A program made the position numbers and the translations under genes. The notes below the pieces were generated by a model. It saw only the letters and a list, made by a program, of their open reading frames with translations. It was not told the DNA's origin and did not search any database. Below, piece after piece: positions 1 to 8,585 of a stretch of DNA of 64,000 nt. Positions within the stretch are counted from its first letter, which is position 1, and each line of letters begins with the position of its first letter. Location: the NCBI GenBank assembly GCA_016177405.1, contig JACOVG010000006.1, positions 10,064-74,063 on the forward strand, in the 5' to 3' direction. This stretch comes from Candidatus Omnitrophota bacterium. GTDB lineage: Bacteria; Omnitrophota; Gorgyraeia; 1-14-0-20-64-10.

Positions 1-466
1 GGACGTCGACCGGATAGAGGTGTCCTTTCCACTCGACGAGGGCGAGCATCGTGGTCTCCCGCGTGCCCTTGGCGTTGAGCACCACGGTGCCTGCGGGTAG
101 ACCCGAATAGCTCGCCAGCAGGGTGAAGGCTTCCGTCCGCTGGTCCGAGGCCCCGTATCCCCGCAGGATGATGTGAAGCGGGTGGTCGTCCACAATTGGG
201 AACCCCTCGGGGACGGACCGTACGTTCTCGCTCACCCAGGCGAGAATCCGCTCGATCTTTTCTTCAAACCCCTGCCCCGGCGAGGTGACGGACTCCGCGA
301 CACGCTGCGTCTGCCAATGGCGGCTTACGAAGTGGACGGTCTTCTCGGCGAGCGTCAACCGGTGAGAGGTGACCACAAAATTCACCCCTACCCGAGTGGT
401 CACCGGCCACAGGGCAATCCCGGCGACCCCGCAGGCCAAGGCCAGCGTGATGAGGGCCTTCTTCAT
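1..466 (-). CDS. Membrane-anchored transglutaminase-like fold protein, probably catalytically degenerate (3'-truncated by window edge)
   Basis: Not in ORF track. Manual translation gives MKKALITLALACGVAGIALWP...ERILAWVSENV...VDDHPLHIILRGYGASDQRTEAF...LALVEWKGHLYPVD. ATGA overlap with the stop at 463-465. N-terminal hydrophobic anchor; aligns by eye to the core of 27846..29048. Confidence 0.7.
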   Translation of the reverse strand, partial: MKKALITLALACGVAGIALWPVTTRVGVNFVVTSHRLTLAEKTVHFVSRHWQTQRVAESVTSPGQGFEEKIERILAWVSENVRSVPEGFPIVDDHPLHIILRGYGASDQRTEAFTLLASYSGLPAGTVVLNAKGTRETTMLALVEWKGHLYPVDV

Positions 467-2337
467 CCGGGACATGGGGCCAGCCGAATGGAATCGAGCG
501 TTTTGAGAATCGGACGATTCTCCACCGGAGGAAACGGCAGAGGCCGCGGCCGCGGTTGAGCGAGGAAGGAGCGGACCTGTTGGGCCGCCCCCTCGGGCGT
601 CTCAAAGCGGCTTAGGGCAGGCTGAAACACCGACAGGGCCGAGGGCCTAAGGTTTAACCCGCGGTAGAGCAGCAGATGGAAGGGGACCCCTGCCAGCGCC
701 GTTTCGTACAGCGGGGTCGATGGAAAATCAAGAATGACGCGGTTGGCCCAGGGAAGCCACAGCGGGAAGGGAGATCGGGAAACGATCAGATGTTTTTTTC
801 CCGACCGGGCCACCCATTGGGCCGCCGAGCTCTCCGCGGGATCCTGCGAAGGAAAAAGCTTGATGATAAAGAGATAATCCGGAATTCCCGCGAAGGTCTC
901 GAGGAGAGTTTTTTGGAGCCGGCCATACCAGGTGGGGCTGTAATCGGCCCGGTGCAGGCGGTAGAAGTCCGGCTCCGGCTTATGGAGCGGGTAAACCACC
1001 ACGGGCCGCTCGTCCGGGAGCCTTAGCCGATTTCCCCAGCGCTGAAGATGCCATCCCGGCTGCCGGGCTAAGCGGGCGTACCGTTTCCACCGGTCGGTTC
1101 CCACGTGGATTTTCGCGCAGGGCCGTTTGGCCGAAAGAGCGCGCTCCTTGAAGTAGCCGGCGAATTCTCCGTTCGGGACAAAGTAGTGCTGGCTCCGAAA
1201 GAGCTCGGTCAAGTCCCAGCTGGGCGCCTCCTCCGGGCCGTCCCCATCGGCGATGTGCACCGACTGGGTTTTTTCGGAAGATGCGCAGGCCGCCACGGCC
1301 GGAAATTGAAGGCCTTGAGCGATGGCTGGGGTGATGACAAAATCAATTTTCCATGCGTCGTAGAATTGTCGGAGGGAAGAGGTTTTCTGGGTCACCTTCG
1401 GCAGGAGGTCCCCCGCCCATCCGGCGAGGAGAGGAGACAGCCAAGGCCTCACGGATACGCCAAACCAGCTTTGGGGCCGATCCCAGACGGGGCTGTCGGC
1501 GGCCGAAAGCTCCTGCGCGGCGCGCAGCCAGCGAGAGGATGAATCGGACTTCCTCGGAAGGGCGTCGGACCAAAGGGTTCTCCCGCCCTCGGATAAATCC
1601 AAGATCCGATCCCCGCTGGCCAGGAAGCACCGGTGTCCGGCCTCGAGGGCCTCTTTGAGGAGGTCCTTGAGGTAATGGTCCGATTCCAGGAAAAGGAGCG
1701 TCAACCGCTCGCCTGACCTGGAAGGTGATAAGGCTCCCTGGATTTTCCAGAGTCCCCGCTTGAGGGCTCTCCGGAACGGCTGGCCGGCCGCGGCGCGGCC
1801 AACGGCAGGCCGTGACCCCGCCCCGTCTGCAGAGGAGATTAGCCTCTCCATGGGCAGGCCCTCTTTCTCGCAGAGGGTGCTTGCCCACCAGGCATAAAGA
1901 CCGGGGGCCGACGCGCAGAGGTTTTCGAACGGCTCATCCCAAGCGGCGGTTCGATCCGCCCGGGGGCAGAAGACAACGTCCTTGCGCTCCTCCTTCAGGA
2001 GTTGGTGGATCTCCAGACCGCGGGCATAGAGATTGTCGAGCAAGGTCTTCCAGCAGTAGCCAAAGAGCAAGGCCGGACGAAGGCGCAGCTCATCCAGCTC
2101 CGGAAGGCGCCGGATGAGCCCCTCGTCCAATTCGTCCAGCCATTCCAATTGCCTGCTCCAAAGGGAGGACTCTTCACGACGGAGCGCTTCTTCGACGCCG
2201 TAGTCCCAGGTAATCCGGTGGGGCACCCCCTGGGCCTCCAGGGCCCGCTGGGCGCTGGTGGAGAGAGCCACCGCGGTATCCCCCGAAGAGAGGTTCAGGT
2301 TTCCGGGTACTCCCTCCAGAAGGAAGAGCCGCTTCAT
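463..2337 (-). CDS. Hypothetical surface-carbohydrate protein, putative GT-B-fold transferase (LIC12162-like)
   Basis: 624 aa ORF coupled to both neighbours. C-terminal 'YLFIIKLFP...ILDFPSTPLYETALAGVP' resembles GT-B/CMP-sugar transferase C-domains. Confidence 0.55.
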   Translation of the reverse strand: MKRLFLLEGVPGNLNLSSGDTAVALSTSAQRALEAQGVPHRITWDYGVEEALRREESSLWSRQLEWLDELDEGLIRRLPELDELRLRPALLFGYCWKTLLDNLYARGLEIHQLLKEERKDVVFCPRADRTAAWDEPFENLCASAPGLYAWWASTLCEKEGLPMERLISSADGAGSRPAVGRAAAGQPFRRALKRGLWKIQGALSPSRSGERLTLLFLESDHYLKDLLKEALEAGHRCFLASGDRILDLSEGGRTLWSDALPRKSDSSSRWLRAAQELSAADSPVWDRPQSWFGVSVRPWLSPLLAGWAGDLLPKVTQKTSSLRQFYDAWKIDFVITPAIAQGLQFPAVAACASSEKTQSVHIADGDGPEEAPSWDLTELFRSQHYFVPNGEFAGYFKERALSAKRPCAKIHVGTDRWKRYARLARQPGWHLQRWGNRLRLPDERPVVVYPLHKPEPDFYRLHRADYSPTWYGRLQKTLLETFAGIPDYLFIIKLFPSQDPAESSAAQWVARSGKKHLIVSRSPFPLWLPWANRVILDFPSTPLYETALAGVPFHLLLYRGLNLRPSALSVFQPALSRFETPEGAAQQVRSFLAQPRPRPLPFPPVENRPILKTLDSIRLAPCPG

Positions 2338-2900
2338 TCTGGACCCGGGGGGAAGCGCTTAAGGAATTCCTCCCGAAGCAGGCCGTACTCCAAGAGGTCA
2401 AGGTAGCTGTTCTGCTTGAAAAGGGCCTGCCGGCGCCGGCCCTCCTCCCGCATCCCGAGATGGGCCGCGAGCCCGCGCATGGGCATATTGCTCGCCGATG
2501 TCCCGCAATGGATCCGATGCAGGTTGAGCGATCTGAATCCGTGGTCCAGCAGGAGCCGGGCCGCTTCCTTGGAGTAGCCCTTGCCCCAGCAGTCCTTCTC
2601 ACCGATCAGAATGGCGAATTCCGCCAGGCGGTTCACCCAGTCGATGTTCTGCAGGGAGATGTTTCCGATGTGGCGCCCGCCGTCCGTCAGCGTGACCGCC
2701 AGCACCAGGTCGTTGGGCGAGGCCAGCATCTTTTTGACGTACCTGACCGCATCCTCCGGACGGTACGGAAAGAGGTGGTGGCCGTTGTGCCGGCAGACCT
2801 CCGGGTCGTTGAGCCAATTCAGATAGGCCCCGTCGCAGTCCGCCTCCGTCAAGGACCGCAGGAGAACCCGCTTAGTTTGCAGGAACGGCGGCGGCGTCAT
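2334..2900 (-). CDS. GNAT (RimJ/RimL-type, PseH-like) N-acetyltransferase
   Basis: YLNWLNDPEV, HIGNISL, EFAILIGEKDCWGKGYSKEA (acetyl-CoA motif), LNLHRI, GMREEG. Start trimmed to ATG 2900. Confidence 0.9.
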   Translation of the reverse strand: MTPPPFLQTKRVLLRSLTEADCDGAYLNWLNDPEVCRHNGHHLFPYRPEDAVRYVKKMLASPNDLVLAVTLTDGGRHIGNISLQNIDWVNRLAEFAILIGEKDCWGKGYSKEAARLLLDHGFRSLNLHRIHCGTSASNMPMRGLAAHLGMREEGRRRQALFKQNSYLDLLEYGLLREEFLKRFPPGPE

Positions 2901-4302
2901 GGGGGACTCGTGCGGGGTTGGAGAGGATCCCTTTGGGAAACGGATTCGGGGCCGGCGGCAGGCAGCCCGCTTGAGCCAAGGCCCGGACAAACCGAAAAAG
3001 GTCCAGGTCGTTGTAGCGCCGGCAAACCACCTGGGCGCCAAAGGGAAGACCGTGGGGGCCCGTGAAAACCGGCAGGCTCATTGCCGGAACGCCTCCCAGC
3101 GTCCAGATCAAGCAACTGTCCGGGCGGTCAGGGGCGGCCAGTCCGGGAAGGGGCTCCCCGCCCGTGGAGAGGGTCAGCAGCATGTCCCACCCGGAAAGAA
3201 ACCATTGGTCCAGCGCCCCGGCCAGCTCCTCCTGCCGCTGGAGCGCGCCGAGATATTTCTCCAGGCCGATCCCTCGGCCCTCGGCAATCATGGCTTTCAG
3301 GATGGGGCTGACCAGGGCCTCCTGAAGGGCTTCTTCCTTAAAGTAGTAGGCGAGGGTTCTGCAGTAGATGATTTCATGAAGGGCGTGAGCCTCCTCAAGG
3401 CCGGGCGGCCAAGGGGCTTCGTGGAGCTCCACGCCCGGCAAGGTCGAAAGCCGCTCGCTGAAGCGGAGCAGGGCGTCCTGGGCGTAAGGCTCGGCATCAT
3501 TCCACTTGGGGCCCCGCACCCATCCCACCCGCCAGGGGCGATCGGCCCTCCGATGACGGGAGCGGTCGGTCATGAACCGATGCACCAAGGGGTGGTCCGG
3601 GCCCCTGACCCGCGTGGTTTCCAGAAGAAGCTCAAGATCCTCGACGGATCTGGCCATGAAGGCGATGGTGTCCAGCGAATCGGTGGTTTTGAGGGATCCG
3701 GTTCTTGGGATGAGTCCGAAAGAGGGTTTGTAGCCATAAATCCCGCAATAGCTGGCGGGCCGTATGGTTGAGCCGGCCGTTTGAGAAGCCAGGGCCAACG
3801 GGACCATGAAGGCGGCCACCGCCGCGGCGGAACCGCTGGAGGAGGTTCCTGGGCTGTAGTCCGGATGGTGGGGATTCACCGTTGGACCGGGAGCGTGCAC
3901 CGCGAACTCGGCGGTGACGGTCTTCCCCGGCAGGACAGCCCCTGCCTGGCGAAGGTTAAAAACCACCCGGGCATCGTTGCCAGGCGTGTAACCGGCGTAG
4001 ATGGGGCTGCCCATGGTGGTGGGCATGTCCTGCGTGTTGAAGATGTCCTTGATCCCCACCGGAATGCCGGCCAGGGGGCCAGGGTCCTTCCCCTGGCGCA
4101 GGGCTTCATCGACGGCTCTCGCTTGAGCCAGGGCCAGAGAGGGATCGAGGTAAGCCCAGGCCTTAAGGGAGGGTTCCAGGCGCTCTATCTGCGTCAGGCA
4201 AGCCCGGGTGAGGGCCTCCGAGGTCAAGGCCCCTTCTCGGATGCGCCGCAGCGCCTGGGTGGCGGTGAGCCGCTGGAGCGGGGTTTCTTCCGCGGGGCTC
4301 AT
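2872..4302 (-). CDS. Amidase-signature family enzyme (GatA-like)
   Basis: GPLAGIPVGIKD (Lys), GKTVTAEFA, PGTSSSGSAAAVA (cis-Ser), SQTAGSTIRPASYCG (nucleophile Ser): triad intact. Confidence 0.92.
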   Translation of the reverse strand: MSPAEETPLQRLTATQALRRIREGALTSEALTRACLTQIERLEPSLKAWAYLDPSLALAQARAVDEALRQGKDPGPLAGIPVGIKDIFNTQDMPTTMGSPIYAGYTPGNDARVVFNLRQAGAVLPGKTVTAEFAVHAPGPTVNPHHPDYSPGTSSSGSAAAVAAFMVPLALASQTAGSTIRPASYCGIYGYKPSFGLIPRTGSLKTTDSLDTIAFMARSVEDLELLLETTRVRGPDHPLVHRFMTDRSRHRRADRPWRVGWVRGPKWNDAEPYAQDALLRFSERLSTLPGVELHEAPWPPGLEEAHALHEIIYCRTLAYYFKEEALQEALVSPILKAMIAEGRGIGLEKYLGALQRQEELAGALDQWFLSGWDMLLTLSTGGEPLPGLAAPDRPDSCLIWTLGGVPAMSLPVFTGPHGLPFGAQVVCRRYNDLDLFRFVRALAQAGCLPPAPNPFPKGILSNPARVPHDAAAVPAN

Positions 4303-5516
4303 GCCGAAGGTCTTCCTCCGGTTTCCTCTTTGGCCTTGCCCTCAAGAAACTTCACGATCGCCGGTTTTACCTCAAGTTCGGTCTGCGCAGGACGCGGCGC
4401 CTCCCGCGCGGGATAATCGCTTGGCAGATCGAGGGCCTTTCCCTCCCGCTTGGCCTTGAGGGTCTCAATGAATTCACGCTCGGTCATCCCGGTGATCTTC
4501 AGGTAATAATCCAGCGCGGCGGGCCGCTTGGAATCCTCCTCCCGGGCCAGCGCGAAGCCCTCTTCCCGGGTGAGCAGCCCAGCTCGGACGTCCGCGCTGG
4601 CGTGGTCGGTTCCCCGCCCGAAGCCGCGCTTGATGAATTTGGCGTAGTCGTGAACGCCGGCCATGACGCACTCGACGCTCTTGTAGCCCTTGTAGGTGCC
4701 TTCCACATGGTCCTCCCGCCAGCCGTAGGTCTTCTTCACGAACTCCATCTGGCGCTCCTCATCCCAGAAAATAAAATTGCTCAAGTGAATCCCCACGACA
4801 CCGGAACGCTCAATCTCCTCGCGCGAGGGGAGCTGGAAGAGGCTCATGTCCCGGAGAGAGATTTGGTCATCCGCCATCGCCGGCGGTTCGAACCGGGCCG
4901 AGTACTTCACAAAGTAATCGCGGTCGTATTGGGTGACTTGAGCGCGGTAGTCTCCCCTTCCGTCCCCTTCGGAGACGCTGTCGCCCCAGACCAGGAGCCG
5001 CACCCCGAACTTGACGGCCACCTGAAGGGGAAAGGCCCCCACCCCCATGTGGCAGTGCCAACAGGCGTCGCCGATCGCCCCCAGGGATTTCCGGGCCAGT
5101 TGATTGACAAGCCGGCGGTTGGGGGTGAACATGATGTGATCCACATCGAATTTCTCCAAGGCGTTGTAGAGGTTGTAAAGCCCGGTCTCCGTGTACCAGT
5201 TGTGATTGAAGGTGACCGCCAGGGGCTTGAGCCCATAAACGCGGGTCAGCACATGGAGCTGGAAGGTGCTGTCCTTCCCGCCGCTGATGGGCACCATGCA
5301 GTCGTAGTTTTGGCCGGTCTTATCCCGATACTTCTCAAAGAGCTGGCGCAGCGTCTTCTCCCGGCTGGCCCAGTCGATCCGCATCTTCTCCTCCTGGGCC
5401 CGGCAGGCGGTGCAGATGCCCATCTCATCGAAGGCGACCCCCTCGAGCGTTTCGGGCAAGCAGCAGCGCGTGCAGTATTTCAGAATGCCGGAGTAGGGTG
5501 GACCAGTTTCAGCCAA
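4299..5516 (-). CDS. N-acetyl sugar amidotransferase (WbpG/PseA/WbuX family, PP-loop ATPase)
   Basis: CTRC...CTAC N-terminus, YDCMVPISGGKDS PP-loop, DACWHCH, HDYAKFIKRGFGR. TTG start at 5516 with GGAGG upstream. Confidence 0.92.
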   Translation of the reverse strand: MAETGPPYSGILKYCTRCCLPETLEGVAFDEMGICTACRAQEEKMRIDWASREKTLRQLFEKYRDKTGQNYDCMVPISGGKDSTFQLHVLTRVYGLKPLAVTFNHNWYTETGLYNLYNALEKFDVDHIMFTPNRRLVNQLARKSLGAIGDACWHCHMGVGAFPLQVAVKFGVRLLVWGDSVSEGDGRGDYRAQVTQYDRDYFVKYSARFEPPAMADDQISLRDMSLFQLPSREEIERSGVVGIHLSNFIFWDEERQMEFVKKTYGWREDHVEGTYKGYKSVECVMAGVHDYAKFIKRGFGRGTDHASADVRAGLLTREEGFALAREEDSKRPAALDYYLKITGMTEREFIETLKAKREGKALDLPSDYPAREAPRPAQTELEVKPAIVKFLEGKAKEETGGRPSA

Positions 5517-6843
5517 GGGGCGGCCCTCCGACGGTCTTTGCCACTTTTTCGATCGCCCGCGCGATGTCCAGAACATCCTCCAGGAGATGGGGAGGCCTGA
5601 CCCATTCGCTCACCAGCATCTGGTGCTCGTAAAGCTTCTCGGCGTTGGGACAGGTGCCGGGCGCGTAGGTGGCGCGGCTGCCCAGGTTCTCCGGGGCGCT
5701 GAAGGGGTAGCCGTGCTTGAAGAGCCGTTTGGTTTGGTAGATCGGCTGCAGGTAGAGAGGACGGGTGTACCCCTGCGTGAAGGGAACGCCCTCGGCCCGA
5801 AGGGCCTGGGCGAATTCTTCGCGGCTTATCCCGCACCGTTCCGGCAGGAACCGCAGGGGGTACAGGTAATAGGCGCTCTCGCAGTCCTCGCAGCCTGACT
5901 CACCGAACGCCCGGTGAGGACAGCAAGGCGGCGGCACCAGAAACGGTATCCGGGAAAGCCGCTGGCTTAGGGCCTTAACGTACCCCTGACGAACGGCATT
6001 GAATTTCTTGAGCTTCTTCAACTGCTCAAGGCCGATGGCCGCCGTCAGCTCCGTGGGCCGAAGATTGAAACCCAGCAGGTTGGTGCCGTCGGCGCAGCCC
6101 GCCTCTTCCATCACCGCCTCGGCGTGGTTTCGAATGAGCGCCAGGCGCTTCCTCAAGCCCTCATCGCCGGTGACGCACAGGCCCCCCTCCCCGGCTTGAA
6201 TGGTCTTGTTGACGTTGAGGCTGAAAACGCCAATGTCCCCGAAGGTCCCCACCGGCTTACCCCGGTATTTGGCTCCGTGGGCCTGGGCGCAGTCCTCGAT
6301 GATTTTCAGACCGCGGCCGCGGGCCAACTGGAGGATGGGATCCATGTCGGCCGGTATCCCGAATTGATGAACCACCACGATCGCGCGCGTCCGATCCGTC
6401 AGACGGGCCCGGATCGACCCGGGGTCGAGAGAGCCCGACTCAAGTTTGACGTCGGCGAAAACTGGAATGGCTCCGTACACCAGGGGGCAGGAAGCCGCCG
6501 CCGACATCGTGTAGGGGGAAACGATGACCTCGTCGCCGTATCCCAGCCCCAGGGCGCCGATCGCCGCGATGAGGCCTGAAGTGGCGCTGTTCATGCCGAC
6601 GGCGTACCGGATTCCATAAGCCTCGCACCAGGCGCGCTCCAGGGCCTGCACCCTGGGGCCGCCCCAGAAGCTGAAAGGCGGTTCCGGAGCATGGGAACCT
6701 TCGAAGAAGGAAAGGACTCCTCGCTCCATGGCCTCCCGCACGGCCCGCTTCTCCTCTTCCCCCAGGGTGAGGTTTTCCATCCAGGGCCGGGTTCGGACCG
6801 GCGGCCCGCCATGGATGGCCAAGGTGTCAGGATCGGGCCGCAT
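5509..6843 (-). CDS. DegT/DnrJ/EryC1/StrS PLP-dependent sugar aminotransferase
   Basis: NSATSGL, GDEVIVSPYTM, IIEDCAQAHGA, FSLNVNKTIQAGEGG (PLP Lys). Confidence 0.95.
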   Translation of the reverse strand: MRPDPDTLAIHGGPPVRTRPWMENLTLGEEEKRAVREAMERGVLSFFEGSHAPEPPFSFWGGPRVQALERAWCEAYGIRYAVGMNSATSGLIAAIGALGLGYGDEVIVSPYTMSAAASCPLVYGAIPVFADVKLESGSLDPGSIRARLTDRTRAIVVVHQFGIPADMDPILQLARGRGLKIIEDCAQAHGAKYRGKPVGTFGDIGVFSLNVNKTIQAGEGGLCVTGDEGLRKRLALIRNHAEAVMEEAGCADGTNLLGFNLRPTELTAAIGLEQLKKLKKFNAVRQGYVKALSQRLSRIPFLVPPPCCPHRAFGESGCEDCESAYYLYPLRFLPERCGISREEFAQALRAEGVPFTQGYTRPLYLQPIYQTKRLFKHGYPFSAPENLGSRATYAPGTCPNAEKLYEHQMLVSEWVRPPHLLEDVLDIARAIEKVAKTVGGPPLG

Positions 6844-7840
6844 GGGACAATTCCTTTGCCGAAGCCAGCGCCCTGGCCCTCCACATCAGCCGCATGGTTT
6901 CCCGCACTGCGGTGAGGCCCACCCCCTCCGGGTCTCCCTGGGGCGTCTTTCCCGCGAGGCAGGCGTCGATCCGGTCGAGGGCATGCGCCAAAGGCCTCTG
7001 AAGCGCCTGAAAGGGAGAGCCCTCCGCGGGGACCAAGATCCGTTCTCCCCAATCGTTGACGGCCGTCTCCCAGACGGCGATGGCCTGGCCAAAGTTGAGA
7101 AGCTGGACCCGCCCCCTCTGGAAACGGAGATCGCACTCGAACATCTGGTAGAGCCGCTCATCGAACGTCCTGAAGCTCACCGGCGCGCCTTCCCACCGAA
7201 GCGTGAGGTGCAGGTTGTCATCCCCCGCGCGCCCGCCGGGGGCCGTGGAAACGTTCGCGATCTTGGGTTCTCCCGGAAGGAGCAGCCGGAGGGTGTGCAC
7301 CAGGTGGACACCGCTGTTCATCCATCCCCCGTAGGTGGTGGAGATCCCTTCCACCAAAGGGCCCAAAACACCGGATCGGATCCGGCGAGCCAGTTTCTGA
7401 TAGGCCGGATCAAAACGCCGGGGATGATGGACCAGGATACGGGTTCGGCCGGTCCGTTCCAGGTCCAAGAGCCGATCCAGATCCGCCTCGTCAAGACAAA
7501 CCGGCTTCTCCATAAAGAGAACCCGCGGAGGATTCTGGGCCAGGAGAATCTGCTTGGCCTGGTCGAAATGGAGCTCGCTGGGGCTGCACAGGCTGATGAC
7601 GTCCACCCGCTCCTTCTCTAGAAAGGCGTTCAGCGAAGCGAACCGGCCCGGGACACGCCATCGTTTGCCCAGGGCCTCCCGCCGGCTGGCCTTGGGATCC
7701 ACCACCGCCGTCAGCTTGAAGGCCGGGTGCTGGTGGTAAGCCTGGGCGTGTGTCTGGACCGGCCCGCGGCTGCGGGGCTCGTCCAGAAGGCCCGCAATTC
7801 TTCCGCAGCCCACCAGGGCTGCCGTCCAATCAGGCTTCAT
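6827..7840 (-). CDS. Gfo/Idh/MocA family oxidoreductase
   Basis: ALVGCGRIA, DVISLCSPSELH, FMEKP, RRFDP, NSGVHLVH. Start trimmed to ATG 7840. Confidence 0.9.
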   Translation of the reverse strand: MKPDWTAALVGCGRIAGLLDEPRSRGPVQTHAQAYHQHPAFKLTAVVDPKASRREALGKRWRVPGRFASLNAFLEKERVDVISLCSPSELHFDQAKQILLAQNPPRVLFMEKPVCLDEADLDRLLDLERTGRTRILVHHPRRFDPAYQKLARRIRSGVLGPLVEGISTTYGGWMNSGVHLVHTLRLLLPGEPKIANVSTAPGGRAGDDNLHLTLRWEGAPVSFRTFDERLYQMFECDLRFQRGRVQLLNFGQAIAVWETAVNDWGERILVPAEGSPFQALQRPLAHALDRIDACLAGKTPQGDPEGVGLTAVRETMRLMWRARALASAKELSHAARS

Positions 7841-8585
7841 TTCGCAGCGCTTTCCACCGCCTGGGAACGGTTTGGTTTCGACGGGCCAGCTCCGGGTGGT
7901 CGAGCAAGAAGTCGATGATTTCACCCAACCCGAATCCGGGCCGCCTCGGATAAAAATGCTCGTACACGGCGGAGACCACCTCAAAATCTTCCTCGGTGTC
8001 CACCTCCAGGTGAAACTTCGGCTGCCGGTGCCAGGGCGGAGCTTCCAGGTTGCACAGCCTGAACCGGTCCGGGTATTGTGTGATGTTCCAGCCGGCATGG
8101 GACCGGCGATCCGCGTCGGCCACAAGCCGTTCGGTCTCAAGCAAGACCCTGGCCGGATAAACGAAGACCTCCATCCCCGGCGGATAGGTGGTCGTCAGGC
8201 CATTGGTCACGTAGTCGTAGCGGTCCAGATTCTTCAGGGCGAATCCCGTCACCGCGTCCACCAAGAGAGGGTCGGGCATGGGGTTGTCCCCCATGAACTC
8301 GACATGGAGATCCACCGAGAAGGCCTTGAGCGCTCCGGCCACCCGGCCCAAAACATCCTCCTCGCTGCCCCGGAAACAGGGAATGCTCAAGCGCGAGGCA
8401 AGCTGCGCCAGGGGATCGTCCCCGGCCTCGGTGGAAGTGGCCAAGATCACCTCGTCAATCAGCCGGCTGCGCCGGATCCTCTCGATCTGGAGCTCCAGCA
8501 TCGGCATCCCAAGGATGGGGCGCAGGACCTTGCCCGGCAGCCTGGAAGATCCCATCCGGGCCTGGACGGTGGCCGAGATCCTCAC
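7830..8585 (-). CDS. spsF: SpsF-like acylneuraminate-type cytidylyltransferase
   Basis: VQARMGSSRLPGKVL, ILATS, FRGSEEDVLGR, GDNP, LEVDTEEDF. Confidence 0.88.
   Translation of the reverse strand: MRISATVQARMGSSRLPGKVLRPILGMPMLELQIERIRRSRLIDEVILATSTEAGDDPLAQLASRLSIPCFRGSEEDVLGRVAGALKAFSVDLHVEFMGDNPMPDPLLVDAVTGFALKNLDRYDYVTNGLTTTYPPGMEVFVYPARVLLETERLVADADRRSHAGWNITQYPDRFRLCNLEAPPWHRQPKFHLEVDTEEDFEVVSAVYEHFYPRRPGFGLGEIIDFLLDHPELARRNQTVPRRWKALRNEA

Noticed and set aside
2872-4302. Housekeeping gatA
   Set aside because: No gatB or gatC adjacent, and it is coupled into a glycan operon, so it is called only an amidase-signature enzyme.
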